DNA from: an archaeon
GTDB lineage: Archaea > Nanobdellota > Nanobdellia > Pacearchaeales > GW2011-AR1
Length of the DNA stretch: 64,000 bases
Reading direction: 5' to 3'
Assembly (NCBI GenBank): GCA_043822125.1
Contig: JBDRCB010000004.1
Span: 8,647 to 72,646 of the forward strand
Shown here: positions 18,052-26,490 of the stretch, in pieces
Layout of the letters: every line of letters starts with the position of its first letter
Position numbering within the stretch: the first letter of the stretch is position 1
Position numbers and translations under genes: made by a program
Notes under the pieces: model-generated
Seen by the model: the letters and a program-made list of their open reading frames with translations, nothing else
Told to the model about the DNA's origin: nothing
Database searches by the model: none

Positions 18052-18186
18052 ATGAAAGAGAGAATATCAGCGACAATAGACAAAGAAACACTGTCAATAA
18101 TAAAAGAACTTTTGAAAAAAGGAAAATACAGGAATAAATCACATATTATTGAAGAGGCAATAAAAATAATGAAAAAAAATGAATAA
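18052..18186 (+). CDS. ribbon-helix-helix (CopG/Arc-like) small DNA-binding protein, 44 aa
   Basis: Hand-translated: MKERISATIDKETLSIIKELLKKGKYRNKSHIIEEAIKIMKKNE. This is a beta-strand-helix-helix pattern with the RHH-typical (R/K)S.(I/V)I.EAI. It is below the 60-aa ORF-track cutoff. Its stop overlaps the next gene's ATG (18179) by 8 nt. Confidence 0.55.
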   Translation: MKERISATIDKETLSIIKELLKKGKYRNKSHIIEEAIKIMKKNE

Positions 18187-18952
18187 AAGAGGGCAGGTAA
18201 CAATTTTTATTGTAATAGGATTAATTTTAGTAGGAGCAGTGGTTTTATTTTTTGTGGTAAGAAGCGGTTTTGTTTTAAATCTGTTCAAGGAAAAAGAAAT
18301 TAATTCTGCTTCTTTTTTAGATTTGTGCATAGAGGAAAAATTAAGAGAAGGTGTCCAGATGATTTCAATGAGAGGGGGGCATATAACAAACCCTTTAAAC
18401 AGAACATTTCAGTTTATAGGAGAAAAATCCAATGACATTTCTTATTTATGCTACAATCAGAATTATTATCTTCCCTGTATAAATCAGGAGCCTATGCTGA
18501 TACAGCACCTAAAAAAAGAAATAAAAGAATACATAAATCAGGATGTTGAAGAGTGTTTTAACAAGTTGTCAGCAAGTTTAGAAAAGCAGAATTATGAAGT
18601 TGAAAAAATTTACCGCGATTTTGATGTTGAATTTGCTCCTGGAAAAATTATTCTGAATATCGACGCTGAGCTGTCTCTTAAGAAGAATGAAGAAGTGTCA
18701 ATAGAAAAAGGCTTCAAAATTATAAAACTGAGCAATTTTTATGATACGGCAGTTGTTGTTCAAGAAATTATCAGTCAGGAGGCGCAGTATTGCAATTTTG
18801 AATATACTGGTTATATGCTTCTATATCCTAAATTTAAAATAGAAAAATTCACAACAGGAGACTCAACTGAGATTTACAGAGTAGAGCATAAAAACTCAAA
18901 AGAAAAATTTCAGTTTGCAGTAAGAAGCTGTGTGATTCCTCCAGGAGTTTAA
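18179..18952 (+). CDS. class-III signal peptide (archaeal type IV pilin-like) protein, module copy 1
   Basis: N-terminus MNKRGQ|VTIFIVIGLILVGAVVLFFVV (K/R-G-Q then a hydrophobic helix). Paralog of 22930-23712. Confidence 0.6.
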   Translation: MNKRGQVTIFIVIGLILVGAVVLFFVVRSGFVLNLFKEKEINSASFLDLCIEEKLREGVQMISMRGGHITNPLNRTFQFIGEKSNDISYLCYNQNYYLPCINQEPMLIQHLKKEIKEYINQDVEECFNKLSASLEKQNYEVEKIYRDFDVEFAPGKIILNIDAELSLKKNEEVSIEKGFKIIKLSNFYDTAVVVQEIISQEAQYCNFEYTGYMLLYPKFKIEKFTTGDSTEIYRVEHKNSKEKFQFAVRSCVIPPGV

Positions 18953-21900
18953 ATGAAGAAAAATAATTTCAAAAAAATAAAACCAAGTATTTTAATCTGT
19001 GCAGTGGTTCAGATATTTTTGCTGATAAACTTAATGACAGCGCAGAATTATTTTCTGAGCAAAACTTACGACGACAAAACAGAAGCGAATAATCAAGATA
19101 TTTTTTCAAAAAAAATTTTAGGAGTTTTTTTAAAAATAATTTCAATAAAACAAATTAAAACTGTATCTGCATATTGGGTTCCAAGTGGTTTCTGCTGTCC
19201 TAAAACAGAAGATGGAGAATTATGCAGAACTCTAAAAAGCGAAGATATTAATTATGTAAACTGCTCTTATGAATTAATTCTTGGTTCATGCGAAGAAGTG
19301 TTCTGCCTCAAATGTTGTCCAAGAACAAAAAATGGGGAAATATGCAAAAACACAATTCTTCCTGAAAAAGACATGTGTGCTGAAAATATTGTTTATGGCT
19401 CATGCGAGGCTGTGAACTGCAAAATTTTAAATCAGTTTGAAGGGAACAGCGGAGAAAAAATTGAAATAGATGCTTCGTGGAACTGCTGTCTAAAAACAAA
19501 AGGAGGAGCAATATGCCAGGACTTTCTGCCGACAGATGAAGACAAATGTGAAACTTCTGTTCCAACAGAATGCAGTCAGGTTTCAGAATGCAAACTCGGA
19601 TGCTGTATTGACGACGACGAAGGTTTGTGCACACCGAGAGCACCAAAGCAAAAATGTGAGGATAATGGAGGAAAATGGGATAGTGAGGAAAACTGTGCTT
19701 TGGAAGAATGCCAAAAAGGATGCTGTGTTTTAGGAGAGCAGGCTTCATTTGTCACAGAAAAAAGATGCGAGGTTTTATCCTTAATCTTCAGCACTGAAAA
19801 AGATTTTAGAAAAGGGGAATCAGAATTTTCATGTCTATTGCTAGCGAAGAGCCAAGCAAAAGGAGCATGTGTTTATGATGAAGGTATCTGCAAAAGTTTA
19901 ACAGAAGAATCCTGCTTAGGAACAGGCGGAAGATTCTACAAAAATTATTTGTGTTCTCATCCTGATTTAAACACAATATGCGAAAGGCAAAGTGAAGTAA
20001 AATGTGATGATTCAGAGAACAATTTCGAAATATACTGGTTTGACAACTGTGGAAACAAGGAAAATATTTATTCTTCTGACAAGGAAAAATCATGGAATAA
20101 TGGAATGATTCTAAAAAAAGAAGACAGCTGTAATCCTGATTTGTCAAATATTGGTTCTAAAACATGCGGGAACTGCAATTATTATCTTGGAAGCAAATGC
20201 GTGCAATCAGATGAAGAAAATGGAAAAAAAGTTGAAGATGGAAATTACATCTGCAAAAACCTCAACTGCATAGATGACGACGGAAAAGAATGGAAAAACG
20301 GAGAAAGCTGGTGCGAATATGATTCTTATATTGGAGATGGAAAGGACACTGTTGGAAGCAGGCACTGGATTAAAACCTGCACAGAAGGAGAGATAATCAC
20401 AAGAGGCTGTGCTGATTACAGAGGAGAAATCTGCGTTCAGTCAAAAATGGAAGAAAGTGAAAAAGAATTTTCAGTAGCATCCTGCGTTATGAATGAAGCT
20501 ACAAAATGTCTTGAATACAACACAAGAAGCAACATGGCTGAACTCTGCAATGAAAATCCATACTGCATGATAAAAAATATTGCTATAAGCAAGTATTTTA
20601 AATTTGACATCTGCGTCGGAGAATATCCAAAAGGATTTGATTTAAGAGATTCAGGACAAGAACAATTATGCGGTCTTGCAACTCAAACCTGCACTGTTTA
20701 TTATCAGAAAAACTGGAAAGGTGGTTGGGACTGCATTGCTAACTGCGAATGCAAAACAGAAGCATTTGTTCAACAGATGAATGACTTCTGCATTTCCCTC
20801 GGAGATTGCGGAAGCTATATTAATTATATAGGAGAGGGGACAAGCAGTTCAAAATTAAATGGAGCAGATGTGCCGTGGAGCCAATATAAAGAATTTGCAA
20901 ATCCAGTTGAAGGAAAATATGCTGTTCCACGAAATATAAGTGAATCCTCTTATGCTCTTGTTGGAGCAGGAGAACCATATGTTCCTGAAGAAGGAAGTGA
21001 AATTGAAAAAACAATTGAACTCCTCGGACAAATTTCAGGTGCTTCAGGACTTTTAATTCAAGGTGCTGGGTATTTTTTTCCTGAGTTAATTAAAACTGCA
21101 GCAGTAGAAGCAGGTAATTCTGCGTCCCTAGCAACCGCAACCACCCTCGGAGCAATAGGCAGTGCAGCAGTAGGAGCAGGAATTGGAATGTTTGCTGCGA
21201 AATATTTAGGAGAATTATTTGGTGTGAAAGGCGACGGGCTTGCAGTAATGACTTTTGCAGGGGGTGTTTCTGGTGCTGCTGCAGGATATATGATTGCAAC
21301 ACAGGCAACAACAGTCGGATGGGTTTTTTTCTGGGGAGGCATTGCTTTGATGCTTTATATTATTATAATTGGGTGGGGTGAGACAAAAGAAGAAAAAATT
21401 GAATTCAAGTGTATGATGTGGGAAGCTCCATTAGGAGGAAGTGACTGCAAAAAGTGCAATGAGAATTCTGAAAAACCGTGCACAAAATACAGGTGCGAAA
21501 GTTTAGGGCAGGCATGCAAAATTTTAAATGAAGAGGTTGTTGAGAATCCTGTATGCGAAAACATTCCTTATGAAACAAATCCACCTGTGATAACTCCTGG
21601 AGAAAACATAACAGAAGAATATAAATTTCAGAATGAAGAAAACAAAAGAGTTGAGATAAGAAAAGAAGATGGTAGCTGTATTCAGGAATTTACTCCTATT
21701 TTATTTGAACTTGAAACAGATGAATATGCGCAGTGCAAATTCAGTTTTGAAAAAAAGAGTGATTATGAAAACATGGGTGATAATTATCCTATTGAGCAGA
21801 ATTTATTTACATTAAAGCATAATTTTGGATTTTTTATGCCTAGTCTGGAAAGCCTGGAAGTTTATGATGTTGAGGGAGATTTAATAGAAATGTTTGGAAA

Positions 21901-22900
21901 AACAGACATGTATATCAAGTGCCAGGATTCATGGGGCAATAAAAATTTAGAAGAGTATATTGTTAATTTCTGCATTCACTCAGGACCTGATGTCACTCCT
22001 GTTAATCATATTTATACTACTGCAAATCCTTCAGATAATATTTTCCTTAGATACGGAACTAATGAAACCCCAATGACTTTGTGGGTAAATGAACCAGCAG
22101 AATGCAAATATGATTCATCTCCTAATAAAGAATATAATAAAATGCTTTATTCTATGGATTGTAGAACAGGGTTAAATCAGAGCCAGACAAATGGATGGCC
22201 GTGCTACACCACACTCACAAATTTAAAAGCAGGTGAAAATAAATTTTACTTTAAGTGCAAAGACCAGCCGTGGAAAAGTCCTGAAGAGCAGAATCTGAGG
22301 AATATTAATTCGCAGGATTATGAATATACAATTAACATCCCTGAAAAAATATTAAAAATAAATTCAATTTTCCCTGAGGGAGAAATTGAAAAAGGATTTG
22401 AACCTGTTCCAATAAATCTTGAAGTAAAAACTTCAGAAGGTTCTGAAAACGGAAAATCAAAATGCTATTACAGCTTTGCGGGATACGGAAATATTTATGA
22501 ATTTTTTGAAACAAGAAGCAATATACATCTGCAGAATTTTAATCTAATGAGGGGAAGCTACAAGATATATGTAAAATGCACAGATGATGCAGGGGATTCT
22601 GCTACAGGGGAGACGAGTTTTAAAATAAAAATTGACAAGTCGCCTCCGAATGTTGTGAATGTTTATTATGAAAACAATAAATTAAAACTAAAAACTGACG
22701 AAGACGCTGAATGTTATTATGATTTCAACACATGCAATTACAATCCTGCAAATGCAAATAGAATGACAACCGCCTTTTCAATAACCCACAGTGCAGAGTG
22801 GATTCCAGGAAAAGTGTATTATATTAAATGTTTTGATGTGTGGGGGAATGGAGGAAGCGGATGTAGTATTGAAGTTGCTGCGAGCTCAATAACAAAATAA
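18953..22900 (+). CDS. 1315-aa cysteine-rich multi-domain membrane/surface protein, unknown family
   Basis: Signal anchor; tandem CC-containing Cys modules; central Gly/Ala-rich hydrophobic block (GAIGSAAVGAGIGMFAA...VGWVFFWGGIALMLYIIIIGWG); then four repeats of a ~110-aa domain. Starts 1 nt after the upstream stop. Confidence 0.7.
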   Translation: MKKNNFKKIKPSILICAVVQIFLLINLMTAQNYFLSKTYDDKTEANNQDIFSKKILGVFLKIISIKQIKTVSAYWVPSGFCCPKTEDGELCRTLKSEDINYVNCSYELILGSCEEVFCLKCCPRTKNGEICKNTILPEKDMCAENIVYGSCEAVNCKILNQFEGNSGEKIEIDASWNCCLKTKGGAICQDFLPTDEDKCETSVPTECSQVSECKLGCCIDDDEGLCTPRAPKQKCEDNGGKWDSEENCALEECQKGCCVLGEQASFVTEKRCEVLSLIFSTEKDFRKGESEFSCLLLAKSQAKGACVYDEGICKSLTEESCLGTGGRFYKNYLCSHPDLNTICERQSEVKCDDSENNFEIYWFDNCGNKENIYSSDKEKSWNNGMILKKEDSCNPDLSNIGSKTCGNCNYYLGSKCVQSDEENGKKVEDGNYICKNLNCIDDDGKEWKNGESWCEYDSYIGDGKDTVGSRHWIKTCTEGEIITRGCADYRGEICVQSKMEESEKEFSVASCVMNEATKCLEYNTRSNMAELCNENPYCMIKNIAISKYFKFDICVGEYPKGFDLRDSGQEQLCGLATQTCTVYYQKNWKGGWDCIANCECKTEAFVQQMNDFCISLGDCGSYINYIGEGTSSSKLNGADVPWSQYKEFANPVEGKYAVPRNISESSYALVGAGEPYVPEEGSEIEKTIELLGQISGASGLLIQGAGYFFPELIKTAAVEAGNSASLATATTLGAIGSAAVGAGIGMFAAKYLGELFGVKGDGLAVMTFAGGVSGAAAGYMIATQATTVGWVFFWGGIALMLYIIIIGWGETKEEKIEFKCMMWEAPLGGSDCKKCNENSEKPCTKYRCESLGQACKILNEEVVENPVCENIPYETNPPVITPGENITEEYKFQNEENKRVEIRKEDGSCIQEFTPILFELETDEYAQCKFSFEKKSDYENMGDNYPIEQNLFTLKHNFGFFMPSLESLEVYDVEGDLIEMFGKTDMYIKCQDSWGNKNLEEYIVNFCIHSGPDVTPVNHIYTTANPSDNIFLRYGTNETPMTLWVNEPAECKYDSSPNKEYNKMLYSMDCRTGLNQSQTNGWPCYTTLTNLKAGENKFYFKCKDQPWKSPEEQNLRNINSQDYEYTINIPEKILKINSIFPEGEIEKGFEPVPINLEVKTSEGSENGKSKCYYSFAGYGNIYEFFETRSNIHLQNFNLMRGSYKIYVKCTDDAGDSATGETSFKIKIDKSPPNVVNVYYENNKLKLKTDEDAECYYDFNTCNYNPANANRMTTAFSITHSAEWIPGKVYYIKCFDVWGNGGSGCSIEVAASSITK

Positions 22901-22929
22901 TTTATAAATTAAAAAAACATAAAAGAAAT

Positions 22930-23712
22930 ATGAAAAAGGGTGAAAATAAGAAAGCACAGGTTACTATTTTTATAATCGTCGCTGTGATTGCAGTTTCATT
23001 GGGAATTTTAGTTTATATGTATTACCCGCAGATAAAAGCGACTTTTGGTTTTGAGGAGAAAAATCCTTCGGCATTTATTCAGGATTGCCTTGAAAGAGAA
23101 ATAAAAACAACTACTGAAAAATTATCTCTGCAGGGGGGGAGCATAAATCCAGAGCATTATTTCTTATATGGAGGAGAGAAAATAAAATATCTATGCTATT
23201 CTGAAAGCTACTACGCAAGATGTGTTGTGCAGGAACCTATGCTGATACAGAGTTTTGAATCTGAAATTAAAAATGAAATTGAAGATGAAGTAGAAAAATG
23301 CTTTGACTCTATGGAGGAAAATTACGAAAAAAGAGGATATGGTGTGGATTTGAAAAGAGGAGATTTTTATGTTGAACTTCTTCCGAAAAAGATCAGTGTA
23401 ACTTTCAACAGCACAATTGTTCTTTCAAAAGACAGCTCTGAAAAATACGACTCATTTAAAATAATTTTGAACAATAATCTTTATGAATTGCTGTCTATTG
23501 CGAATAATATTTTAGAATGGGAGGCACGGTACGGAGAAGCTGAAACAACTGTTTATATGGATTATTACAGCAATTTAAAAGTTGAAAAGAAAAAGCAGTC
23601 AGACGGGACAACGATTTATATTTTAACAGACAGCAACACAAAAGACAAGTTTCAGTTTGCGTCGAGAAGTATTGCATGGGCGCCGGGCTACGGCACAGGA
23701 GGAGTTTACTGA
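22930..23712 (+). CDS. class-III signal peptide (pilin-like) protein, module copy 2
   Basis: NKKAQ|VTIFIIVAVIAVSLGILVYMY. Shares YLCY..YY..C..QEPMLIQ, E.CF and K.KFQFA.RS with 18179-18952. Confidence 0.6.
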   Translation: MKKGENKKAQVTIFIIVAVIAVSLGILVYMYYPQIKATFGFEEKNPSAFIQDCLEREIKTTTEKLSLQGGSINPEHYFLYGGEKIKYLCYSESYYARCVVQEPMLIQSFESEIKNEIEDEVEKCFDSMEENYEKRGYGVDLKRGDFYVELLPKKISVTFNSTIVLSKDSSEKYDSFKIILNNNLYELLSIANNILEWEARYGEAETTVYMDYYSNLKVEKKKQSDGTTIYILTDSNTKDKFQFASRSIAWAPGYGTGGVY

Positions 23713-25232
23713 TGAAAAAAATATTTTTATTAACTGCATTAATACTATTATTAGCAGTGCCTGTTTTTGTTTCAGGAGAAGTTTCTTATTGTTGTGAAAA
23801 AACAACCAGCGGAGACTGGTGTTTGAATGCCCCTCTTGAAAAATGCGACGATAACTTCAGAAAAATTCCTGCTTCGTGCGAGGCAACTTCTTACTGCAGA
23901 TTAGGATGCTGTTACAACAGCAGAGAAGGAACCTGTATGCCGAACACACCTCAAAAAACCTGCGAAGACAAAGGAGGTGTATGGGATGGAAATGCTGAAT
24001 GCGACATTCCTCAGTGCAGTCTCGGGTGCTGTTTAATAGGAGACCAAACATCATTTGTAACACAAGTGAGATGTAAAAGATTATCTTCACTATACGGACT
24101 TGAAACAAATTTCAGAACAGACATTACAAGTGAAGTAATGTGCATCTTGAGTGCAGTGTCTGATGTCAAAGGAGCATGTGTATATGAAAAAGAATTTGAA
24201 AAAACCTGCGAGTTTATAACAAAAAAAGACTGCCTTGAAAAAATAGATGAAGAACTGGGTGCAGAATTTCACGAGGGATATTTATGCTCTGCTGAATCAC
24301 TTGGAACAAACTGTGGAGCGAGCAAAAAAACAACCTGCGTCGAGGGGAAAGATGAAGTTTATTTTGTTGACACCTGCGGAAATTTAGCAAATATTTATGA
24401 TGCCTCAAAAATAAACAGTGCAGAATACTGGACAAAAGTTTATATAAAATCAGACAGCTGTGGTTCTGGTTCGTCAAATGCAAATTCTGCAACATGCGGA
24501 AACTGCGATTATTATCTTGGAAGCACATGCAAAGAATATAAAAGAGGAACAGACAGAGCACCGAATTATGGGGATAATATATGCAGGGATTTGGGCTGTG
24601 AATACAAGGGAGTGAGGTATGAGCACGGAGAAACATGGTGTGCAGGAGGAGAGCACGGGAATGAAGGTGTAAGTGTGATTATTTCTGAAAGCGAAGAAGT
24701 ACCTGATGCGAAAACAGAAAATCTCCCTGGTAGCAGATATTTTAGAATGATTTGCTACAACAATGAAATAAGTGTCGAGCCATGTGCTGATTTCAGACAG
24801 GAAGTTTGCATTGAATCAGAAGTGAATGGATTTTCAACTGCTGCGTGCAGAGTAAATATGTGGCAGGACTGCTCTACTCAAACAACAGAATCTGACTGCG
24901 GAAACACAGATAGAAGAGATTGTATGTGGAAGCCAGTTGAAATAGGAGGGGTTGTTATGAATCTTTCTTGTTTTCCAAAATATTCTCCTGGATTTAATTT
25001 CTGGGAAGCTGGAGGAGATGCTGAATCAACATGCTCGCAGTCAAACAGCATTTGTGTTGTTAAATATGAAAAACAAAAAGGAATTTTTGGAGTTGGAGAG
25101 GGGAATTGGAATTGCATTGAAAATTGCCATTGTTTAGGAGAAGGCTTCAAAGATTCAATGAATAATGTATGCACAGCACTTGGCGATTGCGGAGTAAAAG
25201 TAAATTATATTGGAGTTGAAGGTTACAAATGA
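23712..25232 (+). CDS. 506-aa Cys-rich secreted protein, paralog of the N-terminal half of 18953-22900
   Basis: Signal peptide MKKIFLLTALILLLAVPVFVSG. The start is taken at the ATG overlapping the upstream TGA (TGATG); the ORF track gives 23676. Collinear similarity to the 1315-aa protein from CRLGCC... to GDCG..NYIG. Confidence 0.7.
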   Translation: MKKIFLLTALILLLAVPVFVSGEVSYCCEKTTSGDWCLNAPLEKCDDNFRKIPASCEATSYCRLGCCYNSREGTCMPNTPQKTCEDKGGVWDGNAECDIPQCSLGCCLIGDQTSFVTQVRCKRLSSLYGLETNFRTDITSEVMCILSAVSDVKGACVYEKEFEKTCEFITKKDCLEKIDEELGAEFHEGYLCSAESLGTNCGASKKTTCVEGKDEVYFVDTCGNLANIYDASKINSAEYWTKVYIKSDSCGSGSSNANSATCGNCDYYLGSTCKEYKRGTDRAPNYGDNICRDLGCEYKGVRYEHGETWCAGGEHGNEGVSVIISESEEVPDAKTENLPGSRYFRMICYNNEISVEPCADFRQEVCIESEVNGFSTAACRVNMWQDCSTQTTESDCGNTDRRDCMWKPVEIGGVVMNLSCFPKYSPGFNFWEAGGDAESTCSQSNSICVVKYEKQKGIFGVGEGNWNCIENCHCLGEGFKDSMNNVCTALGDCGVKVNYIGVEGYK

Positions 25233-25594
25233 TAAAAGCAGATTTTGAAGAATGGATTAAATTCGCAGAGGAAGATTTAGAAACTGCAAGTTATAATATC
25301 AATGGCGGGAAAACTGGCGCTGGACTTTTTTTCCTGCAACAGTGTGCTGAAAAATCACTGAAAGCAGTTTATATGAAAAGATTTGAAAATATGTTCAGGA
25401 CACATGACTTGGTTCTTCTTGCAAAAAAGTTGAATGTTCCTAATGCAATTATGAAATACTGCAAAGAGCTGAATCCTGCTTATCTTTATACAAGATATCC
25501 TGATGTTCCAGAGGTGAAAAATCTCAATGAGATGGGGAAAAACCTGCATTTTTATGCTAAAGAAATTTTAAAATGGGCAAAGAAGAATACATAA
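25229..25594 (+). CDS. HEPN domain protein (toxin-like partner of adjacent nucleotidyltransferase)
   Basis: 121 aa. AEKSLKAVYMKRFENMFRTHDLVLLAKKL matches the classical HEPN (PF05168-type) helix pattern. ATGA overlap with the upstream stop. Confidence 0.75.
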   Translation: MIKADFEEWIKFAEEDLETASYNINGGKTGAGLFFLQQCAEKSLKAVYMKRFENMFRTHDLVLLAKKLNVPNAIMKYCKELNPAYLYTRYPDVPEVKNLNEMGKNLHFYAKEILKWAKKNT

Positions 25595-25890
25595 GGATAT
25601 TGAAAAAATTCAAGGAGAAATTAAAAGGAAAAATAAAAGTGGAAAAAATGATTTTGTTTGGTAGCAGGGCTGTTGGAGATAATAGAAAAGACAGCGACAT
25701 AGATTTGCTAATAGTTTCTTCTTCATTCAATGGAAAAAACTTTTTTGACAGAGTAAAAAAAATGTATAATTACTGGGATTTGGATTATGCAGTTGATTTT
25801 CTGTGCTATACTCCTGAAGAATTTGAAAAACTCAGCAAAAAAATCAGCATTGTTACAGAGGCACTGAAAACAGGAGTTGAGATAAAATGA
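25573..25890 (+). CDS. minimal nucleotidyltransferase (MNT)
   Basis: LFGSRAVGDNRKDSDIDLLIV is the GSxxxGxxxxxSDxDLLV Pol-beta-type NTase motif. Confidence 0.8.
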   Translation: MGKEEYIRILKKFKEKLKGKIKVEKMILFGSRAVGDNRKDSDIDLLIVSSSFNGKNFFDRVKKMYNYWDLDYAVDFLCYTPEEFEKLSKKISIVTEALKTGVEIK

Positions 25891-26171
25891 GAAAAGAGGA
25901 AATAATTCAAAAAATTGAAAGAGCAAAGGAGAAAATAAAAAGTAGTGGTGCAAAGAAGATTGGTGTTTTTGGCTCTGCAATTAAAGGGGGAAAAAATCCA
26001 AAAGATATTGACATACTTGTTGAGTTTGACGAAGTAAGTTTTGACAAGTATATAGATTTATTATTATTTTTAGAGAAATTGCTTAAGAAAAAAGTAGATT
26101 TAGTGATTGAATCTAATTTGCGTCCTGAACTAAATTATGTAAAAAAAGAGGCAAAATATGTCAAACTATAA
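25887..26171 (+). CDS. minimal nucleotidyltransferase (MntA-like antitoxin)
   Basis: GVFGSAIKGGKNPKDIDILVEF NTase motif. 4-nt overlap with the upstream gene. Confidence 0.8.
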   Translation: MRKEEIIQKIERAKEKIKSSGAKKIGVFGSAIKGGKNPKDIDILVEFDEVSFDKYIDLLLFLEKLLKKKVDLVIESNLRPELNYVKKEAKYVKL

Positions 26172-26490
26172 TTTGTATATTAATTTAATTTTAGAAACAA
26201 TTGAAAAAATAGAAAAATCTTGCAAAGAAAAAAAACAAATTATCAACAATATAAATTTGCAGGATGCAACTTTAATGAGGCTCCAGATTATTGGAGAAAA
26301 CATAAAGAAAATTCCTTTAGAATTAAAAAGAAAAAATAAAGAGTTTAAATGGAAAAAATTTGGGAGATTAAGGAATTTAATAAGTCACAGATATGAAACA
26401 ATAAATTATGAACTTATCTGGAGTTTTATAAAAACTAATTTGCCTGAATTAAAAAAAGAAATATTAAGATTAAAAAATGAAATTAAATAA
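26158..26490 (+). CDS. HEPN/DUF86 (HepT-like toxin)
   Basis: RLRNLISHRYE contains the Rx4-6H HEPN RNase motif as found in DUF86. Overlaps both neighbours. Confidence 0.8.
   Translation: MSNYNLYINLILETIEKIEKSCKEKKQIINNINLQDATLMRLQIIGENIKKIPLELKRKNKEFKWKKFGRLRNLISHRYETINYELIWSFIKTNLPELKKEILRLKNEIK

Noticed and set aside
17979-18330. Minus-strand ORFs of 74 aa and 63 aa
   Set aside because: They overlap the operon promoter, the RHH gene and the first pilin-like gene. Their products are hydrophobic and low-complexity, produced by AT-rich antisense sequence.
19308-21564. Numerous 60-146-aa minus-strand ORFs inside the giant gene (similar ones lie inside 23857-25174 and 26944-28052)
   Set aside because: All are embedded antisense in long + strand ORFs that are supported by paralog conservation. 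Their products are low-complexity.
23676-23711. Upstream start codon for the 518-aa ORF given in the track
   Set aside because: The extra 12 residues (MGAGLRHRRSLL) overlap the preceding gene. The ATG at 23712 yields a canonical signal peptide and a TGATG stop/start coupling.
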